Below are positions 37,601 to 50,298 of a stretch of DNA of 64,000 bases, one piece after another. The position numbers and the translations under genes were made by a program. The stretch comes from Leucoraja erinacea (taxonomy: Eukaryota). The notes beneath the pieces were generated by a model. That model was not told the DNA's origin. It made no database searches and worked only from the letters and a program-made list of their open reading frames with translations. How positions within the stretch are numbered: position 1 is the first letter of the stretch; every line of letters begins with the position of its first letter. The stretch is from NCBI RefSeq assembly GCF_028641065.1, contig NC_073385.1:60326001-60390000 (forward strand), written 5' to 3'.

Positions 37601-38278
37601 GGCGGGCTTCTGCACCCCAGCGTTGGTGGTACAACACCACAGGCACTTACTGGAATCCACAGGGGCTGGTTGTGGTGTGGTGTTGTCGGTAGAAGGTGGG
37701 ACGGACCGTTGAGGCCGTTGCGGAGCTGTAGACACCTAGCTGATGGAAACGCCTTCCTGTTGCTTGGCGAGCCACAGCTTGTCCGCTCGCTCGGCGAGTT
37801 GCAGGGGGTCGGCGAAGTCGCTACCGGCGAGGAGCAGGCGGATGTCGTCGGACATCTGCTCGAGGAACGCCTGTTCGAAAAGAAGACAACGCTGGTGACC
37901 GTCCATCAGCGAAAGCATTTCGCTCATCAGTACAGATGGCTTGCGGTCACCATGGCCATCCAGGTGCAGGATCCTGACAGCCCGATCACAGCAGCTGAAC
38001 CCGAAAGTACGCAGCAGCAGCGCCTTGAGGCACTCATGCTTGTTGTCGGCAGGCGGATGTTGATGGTAAGGATGCAATAGGGCAGCGGGTTCTTGGTTCA
38101 GCGCGCCGACCACATAGAAATATTTAGTCGAATCAATAACAATTTGCCGAGTTTGAAATTGGGCCTCAATGTGCTGGAACCACACATGAGGCTGACCTGC
38201 CCAGAAAACGGGCAGTTTTAGCTAAACTGCTTTGCTGGGCTGGGTTGGCGTCGAGGCACATCACATTCCGGGGTCATA
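34665..38278 (-). mobile_element. Gypsy LTR retrotransposon (CsRn1-like); 3'LTR present, 5'LTR missing, RNase H deleted
   Basis: LTR 34665-34886 has TGTAGTG/CACTACA ends with an adjacent G-run PPT. gag KLPVFW..QP.VWFQHIEAQF, protease FLVDMGA, RT FSKIDLVRGY...MPFGLKN...YLDD, integrase LPWVLLGIRT...YEGPFRVL. Degenerate PBS at ~38268-38278. Confidence 0.92.
36206..36434 (-). mobile_element. 5'-truncated Tx1/L1-type insertion in the Gypsy pol
   Basis: Poly(A) on the - strand. 16-bp TSD GAATAGCCTTCAYCTT at 36190-36205 and 36435-36450. Encodes GLAKLANRESRR...CLPL, a Tx1-like ORF2 C-terminus. Confidence 0.8.
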
Positions 38279-38289
38279 ACGCTGTAGGG

Positions 38290-39560
38290 AATAGGCTGGG
38301 AACTACAGGGTAGTGATTCTGTGTTTGGAACTTTACTAGAGAGTATTCTGAGGGATAGTTTATACGTGTATTTAGACGGACAAGGGCTGATTAAGGATGG
38401 TCAACATGGTTTTGTATATGGGAGGTCTAGTCTGAAGAAGGGTCTCGACCAGAAATGTCACCCATTCCTTCTCTCCAGAGATGCTGACTTTGCCGCTGAG
38501 TTACTCTATCTTTTTGTGTCTATCTTAGGGGTTTTTGAGGATGTGACCAAAAAGGTCGATGAAAGCAGAGCCCTAGACCTTATATTGATGGATTTCAGTA
38601 AGGCATTTGACATGGTTCCACATGGTAGGCTGCTCTGGAAGGTTAGATCCCATGGGAATCAAGGAATTATAGCTGAATAGATAGAAAATTGGTTTCATGG
38701 AAGGAAGCAGCCCGCAGGGGTAGAAGGTGGAAGGTTGCTTTTCGGACTGGATGCTGGGTTTGGTGCTGGGCCAATTGCTATATCAATGATTTGGATGAGT
38801 ATGTGCATGACATGGTTAGCAATTTGCAGATGATACATAAGTGGGTGGTATTGCTGATAGTGAAGATGGTTGTCAAAAATTGCAGCAGGATCTTGATCAT
38901 TTGGGCACATGGGCTGAGGAATGATTGATGGAATGATTGATCACAGAGAAATGTGAGGTGTTGTATTTTGGGAGTTCAAAAATGGGTAGAACCTACAGAG
39001 TGATCGGTAAGGCTTTGGAGGGTGTTGTGGAACAGAGGGTCCAGGATATAGGTATATTGTTCTATGAAAGTAGCATCACAGATAGATAGGGTGGTCAAAA
39101 AGGCTTTTGGCACATTGGCCTTCATCAGTCAGAGCATTCACGTGCAGAGAAGATTCACATGGATTTTGCCAGGACTCAAGGGACTAATCTATTGGAAGAG
39201 GTTGAGCAGGCTAGGACTTGGAGTGCAGGAGGATGAGGGGGTGATCATATAGAGGTGTGCAAAATCATGAGAGGAATAGATCAGGTAGATGTGCAGAGTC
39301 TCTTGCTCAGAATAGGGGAATCAAGAACCAGAGGACATAGGTTTAATGTGATGGGGGGAAAGATTTAATAGGAACCTGAGGGTTAACCTTTTCACAAAAG
39401 GGTTGTGGGTGTATGGAATGAGCTGCTAGAGGCAGTTGAGGCAAATGCTATTGCAATGTTTAAGAAACATCTACATGTTTCTACTAGTGCTGATGGGACA
39501 TATTGGCCAGTGTGGGCAAGTCGGGCCGAAGGGCCTGCTTGCACTGTAAGACTCCATGAC
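38290..39560 (+). mobile_element. CR1 (HER1-like) RT to 3' end, interrupted by a Penelope pLTR piece at 38428-38527
   Basis: QHGFVYGRS and MDFSKAFDMVPHGRLL motifs. Tail gggccgaagggcctg is shared with the SINEs. Confidence 0.85.
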
Positions 39561-40717
39561 CCAGGAATGTGATGTGCCTCACCTCACAGCCATTGTTCTG
39601 ATTTAGTGCAGTGGGACGCCTCCTGCAGCCAACTTCGGAGCATCCAGAGCACCGCCGAGGGTGCTGGTAGTAAGACCCCAGCCCACTGTTTGACACTATC
39701 ATTTTCCTGCTGCCATCATTGTGATGTAGTTCTGTCATTCAAACATACAAGGAAAACTATTGAAACCTCTGTGTTTTTCAACATAATAACTCATTAAATG
39801 AAAATATTGAAGCAGTTCTAACTGAAGCAGATAAAACAGCATCTGGAGATGTTTTGCTGGTGGAGCTATGAAAAGATTGATCTAAGTCCTTTGGATCAAT
39901 TGGTGTTATTTTGCAGCAAAACATAAAACAGTTGAGTGATTATGCCTGATCATTTCGGTTGACGGGAGCCTTCCTATATGTCTATAATGTATCTCTTATT
40001 TTTAATATTGTTCATATCATTCCAAACGGGTAATAATTTCAATTTTGCTGGCTTTATGTAATAAATAAAAGGACAGAACTTGTACTGCTTTCCTCGCTGT
40101 TCCCATTTGATTACGTTATGAAAGAATTTCTGCTACAGTTTCGTGAAATCAATTAATACCTCTGAAGACACTAGTTTGAAATAGTAAACAGATTTTTTTA
40201 TATCAGTGAAATGAATGGAACCTTTTGTAATGTGCAGCATCATTTGTTTTGTTTCTGATTAATTTACCAGCTAATAATGGCAAATACTGCAGTTACTGCC
40301 TGAGCAGGAGGGTGATTTTCAAAAAATATTTAGTGATATGTCTTCATCACATTATCTTAAGAAAAACAGATTTGCATTACTTCTATTTCTACTTGTAGAA
40401 TCAATTAATTGTATTCCGTGAATGAACATTTTCTATTATGATTTCAGTTCAGGATAGTTTAATGTGCACATCCAGTATTTCTGTCTGAAGTTTTTTAGTT
40501 CCATTTACCCAACTATATATTTATTTTCTGGAGGAAAAAAAAATCACTGTGTTAATACTTGTGAATCTTTTATCTTTTCACGTAGATGTAAATAAAGGTT
40601 AACATAATGGACATTAATAGATAGCAGTCTGATCATAATGTTAGTTTATCCCTTTTGCCGCATTAATGAAACTGGACAGTTTCTACATTTTATATATTTT
40701 TAGACTATTCTGCATAA

Positions 40718-40816
40718 GGCTTCTAAAAAAGGGGCTCGATCTGAAATGTCACCCGTTCTTTCTCTCCAGAGATGCGGCCTGTCCCACTGAGTTACTCCAG
40801 CATTGTGTGTCTATCT
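40718..40816 (+). mobile_element. Penelope pLTR fragment
   Basis: gggctcgatctgaaatgtcacccg...ccagagatgcggcctgtcccactgagttactccagca. Confidence 0.7.
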
Positions 40817-42299
40817 AAGGCTTCTTTATTCAATTGCGGAAGAAATGTCATGTACATATCACTTTTTAACTTTTACAAAGCTAGTTTTCTTTAATTTAGA
40901 TTACAAAACATCCAACCCTACCTTATTTCTGTAGTATATTTCTGTGTGCTATTCTAATTGTAATTAAATGCTGAAGAGTGTGTGGATTTTAATATTTATT
41001 GTGATTGTCACATTTTTAAAGAATGTTCTAAGTTTTCGTGCTTTGTACACAATATTCAAACCAGTTATATTTTATGTTAAGATCATAACCTTGATTTTAA
41101 ATGTTGAGTTCTTAGGTCACATGATATCACAGTTGTTGCATGTTGCCTAACACTCATTACACTGACAGCTTAGAGGTGATCGATGCAAGCTTCCTTTACC
41201 TCAAACATTTATTTTATCTTTTTATTTCCCTTTGGTTAAAAATTATGAACTGATTACTCATATTTCAGTGTTTAGTCTAATAACTGCATTCTTTCCAGCA
41301 GTTCTTAGAATGAACAGGGATCTGTGATCCATTAAGTGGCAGAAAAGGTTGACAGGGCCATGTAAGTAAGGGATTCTATATCTTGCAGCTGTTCATATTC
41401 CCGCATTGAAAATACATTTAGTAATTGTTTGTTTTCTACATCCAGATCTTTTTATTGACAGCATCTGAGTTACTTGGGTAACATTTATTAAAATTATCGA
41501 GACAGGTGAAAACATCCTGGAAATAATTATGTAGTTATTTTATTACCTTGGATTTTTACCATAGGTTTTTATTGTTGATGAAGATTTTATTTAGCTCTAT
41601 ACTTAAATAATATAAACTTAAATTGGCAATACTCTCAAGGACCTGAACTGCCAAGTAATAAAATTGCAGTCCTAAATTCCATTCTGTTAAATCCAATAAA
41701 CTATTATTATTTTGAAATTTACTTTTTTAAATCTTGCTAAATACATATCTGTGTTTCTAATACCAATTGAAAAAAAAATCTTTGGTATGGTAATAATCTG
41801 GAACATTTGGAGATCTGGAACAGTTTAGAAACTAGTATTAACATTTTTAGTGTAACCCTTCTTTGCACATAACACAATTCCCTGTAATCCTGCATTGTTA
41901 TCTGAATGAATGCAGAATGGAAGTAAAATGAAGAGGGAAAATATTTTAATAATAGACATCTGGAAAGTATATTGATGCATGTGTTGATAAATATGTGGAA
42001 TTAAATAATTACATATAGCTTTCACAACCTGAATATGAAACTTCAGTATTACTTTGAAGAAAATGTATCTTTAACTTCTCATTCATTTTAATCTGTTTTA
42101 AATACATTTTGCTTAAACATTGGGTACTAAAGGGTTAGTAGCATTACCTTTAATTTGTTAATGGGAGAGAACTCTGAATTATTTATGGAGAGTGTAATTT
42201 TGCAGATAAATTATCTAATAGTCCTCGACTGAGGGACAATTCCTCATATTTAGTTTTCACTATTTGAAATAAAAAAGACAGTCCTAATGTTGCAGCATA

Positions 42300-44480
42300 A
42301 TCAAGCGATTGACGAAGAGTACACAAAGGAAGCTCACGGTTGCACCGGCAGATGAATACAGATAAACCACAAAGCTGTCAATGTTTGATTTTTCCAATGT
42401 GGAGGAGACCATATTTTGAGCATGGAAAGCATTACACTAAATTGGAACATGTGTAAATGAATTGCTGCTTAATTGGAAGTGCTGTTTACATTCTTGGATA
42501 GTGGGAAGAGAAGTGGGAAAAGGAAAGCTGCTGTAGTGGTGGAATGGGAATGTGAGAGGGGAACTGGTTGGCAGAGATGAAAGAATGGACCACATAATCA
42601 TGTGGGAAATACAGGCTAAGAATACTCGAAGGGAAGGAGAGAGTAAGATGTATCTAATGAAGGAATCTTGTTTGAAATTGCAATGAATGAGACATTGGAT
42701 ATCTATGGTGAAAAATGAGGACAAGGGCATCTCTATGCATGCTCTGGCAGGCCGGGAAAAGGGGTCATCAGTGATGGGCGGTACAGACTCCTTACCATGG
42801 AAGTATCTGTGAGGCTTCTTTCAATGAAGAAGGGTTTCGGCCCGAAACGTTGCCATTTCCTTCGCTCCATAGAGTGCTGTGCACCCGTTTCATTAATGGC
42901 GAAGATGTGAAACCCTCTATGAAAATGCTCTTCCAGGACAGGAAGAAATAGCAGCGCAAGGTGGGAGTCAAGGGATCTTAAATACTTTATTGGGTTACAC
43001 AGAAAAGATGGAGAAACTCAGCGTGGTAGCATTAATGGCGAAGATGCGAAGGAAATAAGAAACGTTGGCAGACCTTCAGACTGTGATGGGATTGATATCA
43101 GATCTTAAAGGTTTTTGTCAAGATCATAAATACTTTTGTTCGGGGTCTACGGGGTTGTAATAGACTTTTGTTGCAAACGCATCCTCTGAGATGAAGACAG
43201 AATGATCCAACAAGAGAAGGCAAGATGAAGCATTTGTGGGAAGAGCAGACTGGAAGTTGGCAGTAAATGTAATGAAACTTTTGAGTTCTATATGAGGCCA
43301 GAATTAGCACCAATATAGTAATCATGTAGAAGATAAAGTGTTGAGAGAGGGGACCGAAGGATTGAAATAAGAGTTGTTCTATGAATTCTACAAACAGGCA
43401 GATATAGCTTGAGCCCATGAGAGTACCCATAGCTACATCTTTAAGTTGGATAAATGAGTGGAATTAAGGACAAGTTGTTCAACCTGAGAATGAGTTCAGG
43501 CAGTTGAGTAAAATATGATAGAAGGGTCTCAACCCGAAATGTCACCCATTCCTTCTCGCCAGAGATGCTGCCTGTCCTGCTGAGTTAGTCCATCTTTTTG
43601 TGCCTATCTTCAAACAAAATATGATGGCAGGAACCAGCTGGACATATATTCAAAGAAGAAGAAGAGGGCCCTCAGAACATCTGGGTATAAAATGGAGGTG
43701 TAGAGGGATTGTATGTCTGTGGTAAAAATGATCTGGAAGGAACCACAGAATTGACATTTGTCAAACTGGCAGATGGCAGTTTTGGATATAATTAGCAAGG
43801 GCCTGCATTTGGGGAGAAAGGACAGAGTCTAGTTAGGAGGAAAATAGGGTCAATGGGTCAAAAACAGGCTGGTACAACTGCTGCCTCGTTGCTCCAGCAG
43901 CCTGAGTTCCATCCTGACCCGCTGCTATCTGGACAGAGTTAAATATTTTCTGTGTCCTTATTAGTTTCTCACCAAATGCTCCAGTTATTTCCCACATCCA
44001 GAAGGTGGTGGGTTTGTTAATTGGCCATTGTAAACTGACTCTCATCTGTAGATGAGTTCTAGAATCGGAGGAGTTGTTTACAATTTACGGAGAATAGTTT
44101 ATAGGGTAAGTTAGTGAGGTAATGGATTTCCTCTCTGAGTCAGCACAGACTCGATAGCCCAAAAGGGTCTCCTTGTATATTGTAAGTATAGGGAGGGTAA
44201 GAGCAGGGGTCCAGGGGAATGGAGAAGTCTAGAGTTGCGAGAAAGGATCTGCAGTAGTGGGTGAAGGCCTAGCCAAATAAAAGAGTATGGAAGTGAAGGA
44301 AGTGGAAGCAGAATTCAATATCATGCTGGAGTGTAATTAAAATGGCATGTGATGGCAGATGATGAAGCTGAGGCCTCTGTTGTGGACTGATCATTTATAT
44401 TCAAAGGGGTGGAAAGGTTGCAAGGGGAGAGATGGAGTCAAATGAAAGATAAGGGGGAGAAAGGTACGGAGGAGTATTCA
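42300..44480 (-). mobile_element. Decayed Penelope-like element (RT and GIY-YIG remnants) with nested pLTR pieces and a SINE (~43860-44190, +)
   Basis: MGTLMGSSYICLFVEFIEQ and IIFTTDIQSLYTSI, resembling Penelope MGT.MGPSYA and FTMDV.SLYT motifs. Confidence 0.7.
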
Positions 44481-44744
44481 CATTCAAGAGTGATTGAAAT
44501 CTGTGATCTTTGCTGACCAAAAGAAAGGAAAAAAGTAATCTGCTGAAAGTGAAAATGAGCCCTTTTCATTGTCCTTGGGGTCTTAGATACCGTAGGAGAT
44601 ATTTCAGAGTTTCTTATCTCACTTCATCATAGCCAAATGGACATTGTCTTGTGGATTTTGATAGCCTCTCAGCTCTTGATTCACAATTCCATGTTCATTC
44701 AATGCAAAACTGGAGAATAATCTGGCATTTGTATTGCTTTATTA

Positions 44745-45100
44745 ATTAAGATTCAAGAAAATATGTTTAATTGTCATATGTACCGGAAACAAGACAATGA
44801 CGTTCTTACTTGCAGCAGCACCACAGCTTTGTAACCCACTACTTAATAGATAACATAATAAATAAACAAAAAATAAGAAGTTCAATCAAGAAAAAAACAA
44901 TATAGTGCAAAGCAAAACAAAGTCCAAAGTCCCCTAGTACAACCAAGACAATTCGTAGTTCAGTTGAAGTTTGTGGTGTTCAATAGCTTGATTGGTGTTA
45001 GGAAGAAGCTGTTCCTGAATCTAGATATCATAGTTTTCAGACTCCTATACCTTCTTTCCAATAGCAGATGTGAAATGACAACTGGCCCACGGTGCTCTGG
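44745..45100 (-). mobile_element. Rex1/Babar-type 3' end
   Basis: ttaattgtcatatgtacc tail and gaagaagctgttcctgaat ORF end. Confidence 0.7.
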
Positions 45101-45129
45101 ATAACTGAATAAAAAATATTTCACTTTAA

Positions 45130-45428
45130 GATACATCTACCCAAGGTTTTCTCCCACATATCAATGATGTTCAGATTGGTATGTTAATCGGATGCTGTTT
45201 AGGCCTCAAGTGTGTAGGTAAATGGTCGAATATGAGTGGGGATGGTGAGTGGGGTGGGGGGGTTAAGGTAATGAAAATGAGAATGTTGGGGAGATAAAAA
45301 AATTGAAATAATGCAGGATTAGTGTAAATGGGTGGTTGATGGTCAGTGTGGGCGGTGGGGTAAATACCCAATTTCCATGGTGTTTTGCTCCATGACATAA
45401 TACCATGGTGTTTTGCTCCATATACTCT
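45130..45428 (+). mobile_element. V-SINE core and tail, 5' part lost
   Basis: ggttttctcccacata core and gggtggttgatggtcagtgtg tail. Confidence 0.55.
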
Positions 45429-45937
45429 CAAGTATATGGAAATGTGGCATAAGCGAGCATATCTAATTGTTTCAAGCATGGCAAGTACAATTTGAGATAC
45501 AATGTACATTTATATAACATGGATATATTGGGGATGGCCAGTAGTACATGGATAACCTTCTGATCTTGGAAATCATTATGCTCAGCAGCTGCAGGCAGCT
45601 TTTTGAATACAAAGAGTTTTAAAATTACTAGGGTAATTAATGTAATGCGAGTCATTAAAGAAAAGTTATGTGTTCACAGTTACATGGGGGTGTAATGCCA
45701 ATGCTATGTGTCTTTAAAGCATCTGGTTTTCATCTTGATTGTCCACATTATGCTTAAAAATGCATGTATGAATTAATACATTATATTAACTGCTACATAT
45801 ATTAACCACATGATATCTCTTGATTAAGTCTCTTCTGGCCAAATAACCTCCTGATATATTTTTGCCCTACAGTTATGTCATATCATCCCACAAATTGATC
45901 ACTGCAATGGTGACCATGCATTTAGATACTGGATGTA

Positions 45938-46385
45938 CAGTGCCCTCCATAATGTTTGGGCCAAAGATCCATCATTTATTTATTTGCCTCTGTATTCCAC
46001 AATTTGAGATTTGTAACAGACAAAATCACATGTGGTTAAAGTGCACATTGTCAGATTTTATTAAAGGGTATTTTTTATACATTCTGGTTTCACCATGTAG
46101 AAATTATAGCTGTGTTTATACATCGTCCCCCCATTTCAGGGCACCATAATGTTTGAGACACATGGCTTCACAGGTCTTTGTACTTGCTCTGTTGTGTTTA
46201 ATTGCCTCCTTAATGCAGGTATAAGAGAGCTCTCAGCACCTAGCCTTTCCTCCAGTCATTCCATCACCTTTGGAAACTTTTATTGCTGTTTATCAACGTG
46301 AGGACCAAAGTTGTGCCAATGAAAGTCAAAGAAGCCATTATGAGACTAAGAAACAAGAATAAAACTGTTAGCGACATCAGCCATA
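45938..46385 (+). mobile_element. Tc1 left end: IR/DR-type TIR, 5'UTR and start of transposase
   Basis: TA|CAGTGCCC terminus. DR ccataatgtttg at ~45947 and ~46144. Transposase start RTKVVPMKVKEAIMRLRNKNKTV. Confidence 0.88.
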
Positions 46386-46392
46386 GCTCAGG

Positions 46393-46552
46393 CCCTTTCA
46401 GTTAGTTGTTTTTTAGGCATCCCGCCCTTTCGGTTGGTTGGCTTTTCGGCTTCGTATGCTTTTGGTTATTTGGCTTTTCGGATTCGTTTCCGCTTGGTTA
46501 TTTGGCTTCCACTTCTTCGCTTCGGCTTCTCGTCCTTTGACGCCACTTCCGC
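46393..46552 (-). mobile_element. Solo TIR of the long-TIR (MULE-like) family
   Basis: Reverse complement matches 13790-13980. Confidence 0.85.
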
Positions 46553-47499
46553 ACACGACTGTCAGCAGCCTCCGTAAGATATTCCTAAACAGCTTCTAGT
46601 TCCTGTCAATCAGTCAATGCATGCTGAACGGAAAACGTAACACGCGATGTCTTGGAATACACATGTTATGTTCATGTTAGATTTCATAATTCACTTGAGC
46701 AAAATCAACATATTAGCTGTGTCTCCACAAGAAACGCTGCCAAAGTAACTTTGTCAAAGTTACTGCTGATGGCTTAATAATTAGAAACAATTCATTGGAA
46801 CAATGTTTTTCTTTTAGCTTCTGAATTCTTTCATCAGAATTAATTTGTAACGGTTCAGAGAGTGGCCAACTGGCATAAAGCCATGTACTCACTTGTTTTA
46901 ATCAAATCCATGGATATTGCTGTTTACCAATTGACATAACTCGAATTTTGCATTTTTGCTATTCTGGATGGGTGGGGGAAAGAAATCATGCTAGCGTACA
47001 GTGACCCAGTACATGATGGTTTGCTGCGACCCATTTTCAAATTGTAGGAACTTTTTTGATTTATAATCCAGGTTTATATGCAATCACTATAATTTCACTT
47101 TTTTGTTACTATTCCTTGTTTTCTCCACCATAATTAATACTACAAATAGTAAGTCCGAATAGCGTCGGTCCTTGAAGAAAAACATAAGACGTTCACCGAA
47201 CCATAGTAAGCGGAACCTCCGGTCGGTACAGAAAGACACAAAATTCATAAAAGGAGTGAGGGTAACTCGGGAGGGTTAATAAGGCATCTGCTGCATCTCT
47301 GGAGAGAAGTTCCCACGGTGAAAGGTGACAGTGTTTCTGAGTCTTGTGAAAATTCTTAACTTAAGCAAATTGTCGCTCCCTTCAGTTTCACAGTATATTT
47401 TAAGTGTATCAACATGTAATCTGCAGTGTTATATTATACTGGTAAAAGCAAATGAGCCAATGTGTGGTGCTAAGTAAAAGTATTCATATCTCACCCGTT

Positions 47500-48175
47500 G
47501 AATACCAACAGTCTCTCCCACCTCCTCCTCCTACTACCAGAGGGAGGGGGCCGGTACAGTTCCCAGTCCAGCTCCGCTGTCGCCTCCTCCTTCGACTCAC
47601 AGCCATACTTCACCTTGCTCCAAATCCACAGAACCCGGGTTGGGAGGGGGCGCAGGGAGCCTCACAGTAACTGCGGGGCCTGTTGGTTTTACAGGACTGA
47701 AATGACCACCAGAACCCGCTCCCCGATGTGCCGCAGTTCGCCCACATAGTGCATGGAATAACTCAGCCGACTCACAGCCAGAATCTAGCCCAGCCCCGCT
47801 CCAATGTTGCGGAAAGGTGGGTGAACCCATCGCCGTAGCGGCCCATCTATCCACTGGTTCTGACAGGGAGACACAGCGGCTTTTGAGAATGGTGGGCAAT
47901 CACTTCCAAAGTTCTGCCCACACAGTCAGTACACCTCTCTCCTACACTTGTCTCCCGCACTAAGATCATCTCGCAGCGAATGATCCCAGCCTAACCCTCC
48001 CTATTCTCTCCTATTCTGCAAGAAAAAACTACATTGAAGACTCAAACTCGCGATCGAGTAACTGCCGGGATCGAGGCGCAAACTCGCGACCTTGCGGATC
48101 TCTGACCTGCTAAATTAGCCGTTAAAATGCAGCACTGAATTTGTCCCAAGTCTTTCGGATTTTGTGCACCTAAAA
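47500..48175. repeat. Unclassified GC-rich interspersed-repeat-like segment
   Basis: CpG-rich block in an AT-rich context, with a tRNA-like 3' half on the - strand at ~48060-48100. Confidence 0.35.
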
Positions 48176-48299
48176 ACATATAAAACCATAGTAATTACAG
48201 AAAGACAACCATCACTCTGCAGGCAGTCATGGGTGACGTTTCGGCAATAACGGACACCACCTCCAACTGCTATGGTCTGTTATGCTAAGTAAACGAGGG

Positions 48300-49270
48300 T
48301 ATACTGTAAACAACCCATTTGTAGAAGAACGAGGGAATCCACATGGACATCTCAGATGCCAAAGTAAATAGCTGAGCTTGCTGCTGGTGATATGAATGCC
48401 AATAAAGTTAAAGTTATTTATCATCTTTCAGATGCCAAAGTAAATAGCTGAGGTTGCTGGTGATATGAATGCCAATAAAGTTCAAGTTATTTATCATCTT
48501 TACAGCAGCTGCATTGATGAGGAACTGTGTTCTGCAGTCCCGTCCCCTACCCCAAATACCATCAGCACGTCTTAGATCAACAACAAACTCTTCCATTTTG
48601 CTGTCATTAAGGAACATTAAGGATTAGATTGCCGTTCTAACAACATAACACAATGTTTCCTGTATCTGATCTCATTGTTGTAGGTTGACAACTGTGCTAT
48701 AATTGTGAAATTAGAGATTGATTTGACGCAATTCATGGTCATATAGTCATGGATGTACAGGGAGTAAACAGGGACTGAACATAAAACCTTGAGGAGCATC
48801 AGTGTTGAGGGTTGGGGTGGAGGAAATGTTTGGCCAATTCTAACTGACTGAAGTTTACCAGTCAGGAAGTGCAGATACCACTTACAAGGGGGGCCCAAAA
48901 GCCAAGGCCCAGTACCCTAGAGGTTAGCTTATTAAGTATTTGGTGTTGAAGGCTGAGCTGTAGTCAATAAATAGCATGCTGATATAGGTGTTCTTATTGT
49001 TAAAGTAATCTAAAGCTGAATGTAGTGTAAGGGGAATGACATCCTCCTCAGTCATATTATCCCTGTACACAAATGCATGGGCTCTAGATTGTCTGGAAGA
49101 CTGCCACACATGTGAGCCATTACCAGTCTTTCAAAGGACTTCTTATGGATAGTCATTCAGACAGGCCATTTTATTTTTCTTGGGGACTCTAATAATGGAA
49201 GTTTCCTTGATGCAGATGGGGACAGTGAACGTTGAAATGAGAGATTGAAGATGTTGGCGAAGACTGTGGG
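48300..49270 (-). mobile_element. Old Rex1/Babar RT fragment with a ~76-bp tandem duplication (48352-48501)
   Basis: [19 protein letters not shown] and FIGIHITSNLS motifs. Confidence 0.8.
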
Positions 49271-49464
49271 GGATAAGCTGTAGACAGGGTTATTAAGTAT
49301 TATATCTGTATAATTAACCATTTCTCAGCCCACCTGGCAAACCGATCAAGATTCGTCCCCTTTTGTCGCCTTTGTCTCCAACCTTTGTCCTCTGCTGGCG
49401 ACAAAGCCACATCTTCCCCCCCCCCCCCCTCCCACCCCTCACCTGTATCCAGCTATCACTTGCT

Positions 49465-50298
49465 ATGTCATGCGGAAGACAATGAACGAACCTAACTTTG
49501 GAATACCGTGGAGAACAGGTAGACGCCTCACAGACCTAGATTTTGCCGATGACATTGCACTACTAGCAGAGTCGAGACACACCCTTCAAGAGATGACAAC
49601 CACTCCAGAGGAGAATGCATCAAAGGTTAGATTAAATATCAGCTGCCAGAAGACTAAGACCATGCAGACTGGAGACCAGCAGCCAATAGACCAACTGATA
49701 ATCAATGGGGAACCTGTGGAAAAGGCCACAAGATTTACCTATCTTGGCAACATGTTCAAAGTAGAGGTCGACATCAACTCCCGAATAGGTAAAGCTGCAT
49801 CAGTATTCAGACAAATGCAGTCAATATGGTCGAGAGGCAGGATATCAAGCTCTTCCAGTCCGTAGTCCTCCCTACAGCCCTCTATGAGACATGGAAAACA
49901 TGGAAAATCAATGTGAAGATGAAAAATAAATTGGATGCATTCCAACAACGCTGCTTGAGGAAGATCCTGAAGACTAGCTACAGAGAACACATCACAAACC
50001 AGGAGGTCTACCGTAAAACTGCAACAAAGCCTCTCAGCCAGGACATAGAGGTACGCAGGATGAAATTTGCAAGACTTGTACTCAGAATGTCACCAGAAAG
50101 TGCACCTAAGATAGCAATAACATGGCAACCTGATGGAAGAAGGAAAAGAGGCCGACCAAAACTCACATGGAGTCGAACATTCCGGAAGAATGTAGAAGCC
50201 TAACGAGGGTAGAAGACGTCGTACATAACCGAACAGAATGGCGAAAGCTTGCTGCCCAATGCACTCAACAGTGTGGGATTAACTAAGTCTAATAAGTC
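49465..50298 (+). mobile_element. RTE-clade LINE 3' fragment
   Basis: LTDLDFADDIALL, DINSRIGKAASVF, KLDAFQQRCLRKIL and GRRKRGRPKLTW motifs, with a taagtc tail. Confidence 0.9.

Noticed and set aside
42820-43090. Scrambled inverted pLTR copies with repeated cattaatggcgaagatg (similar noise at 47150-47350 and 48190-48270)
   Set aside because: The indel-rich pattern looks like poor consensus over palindromic Penelope repeats and cannot be interpreted without reads.
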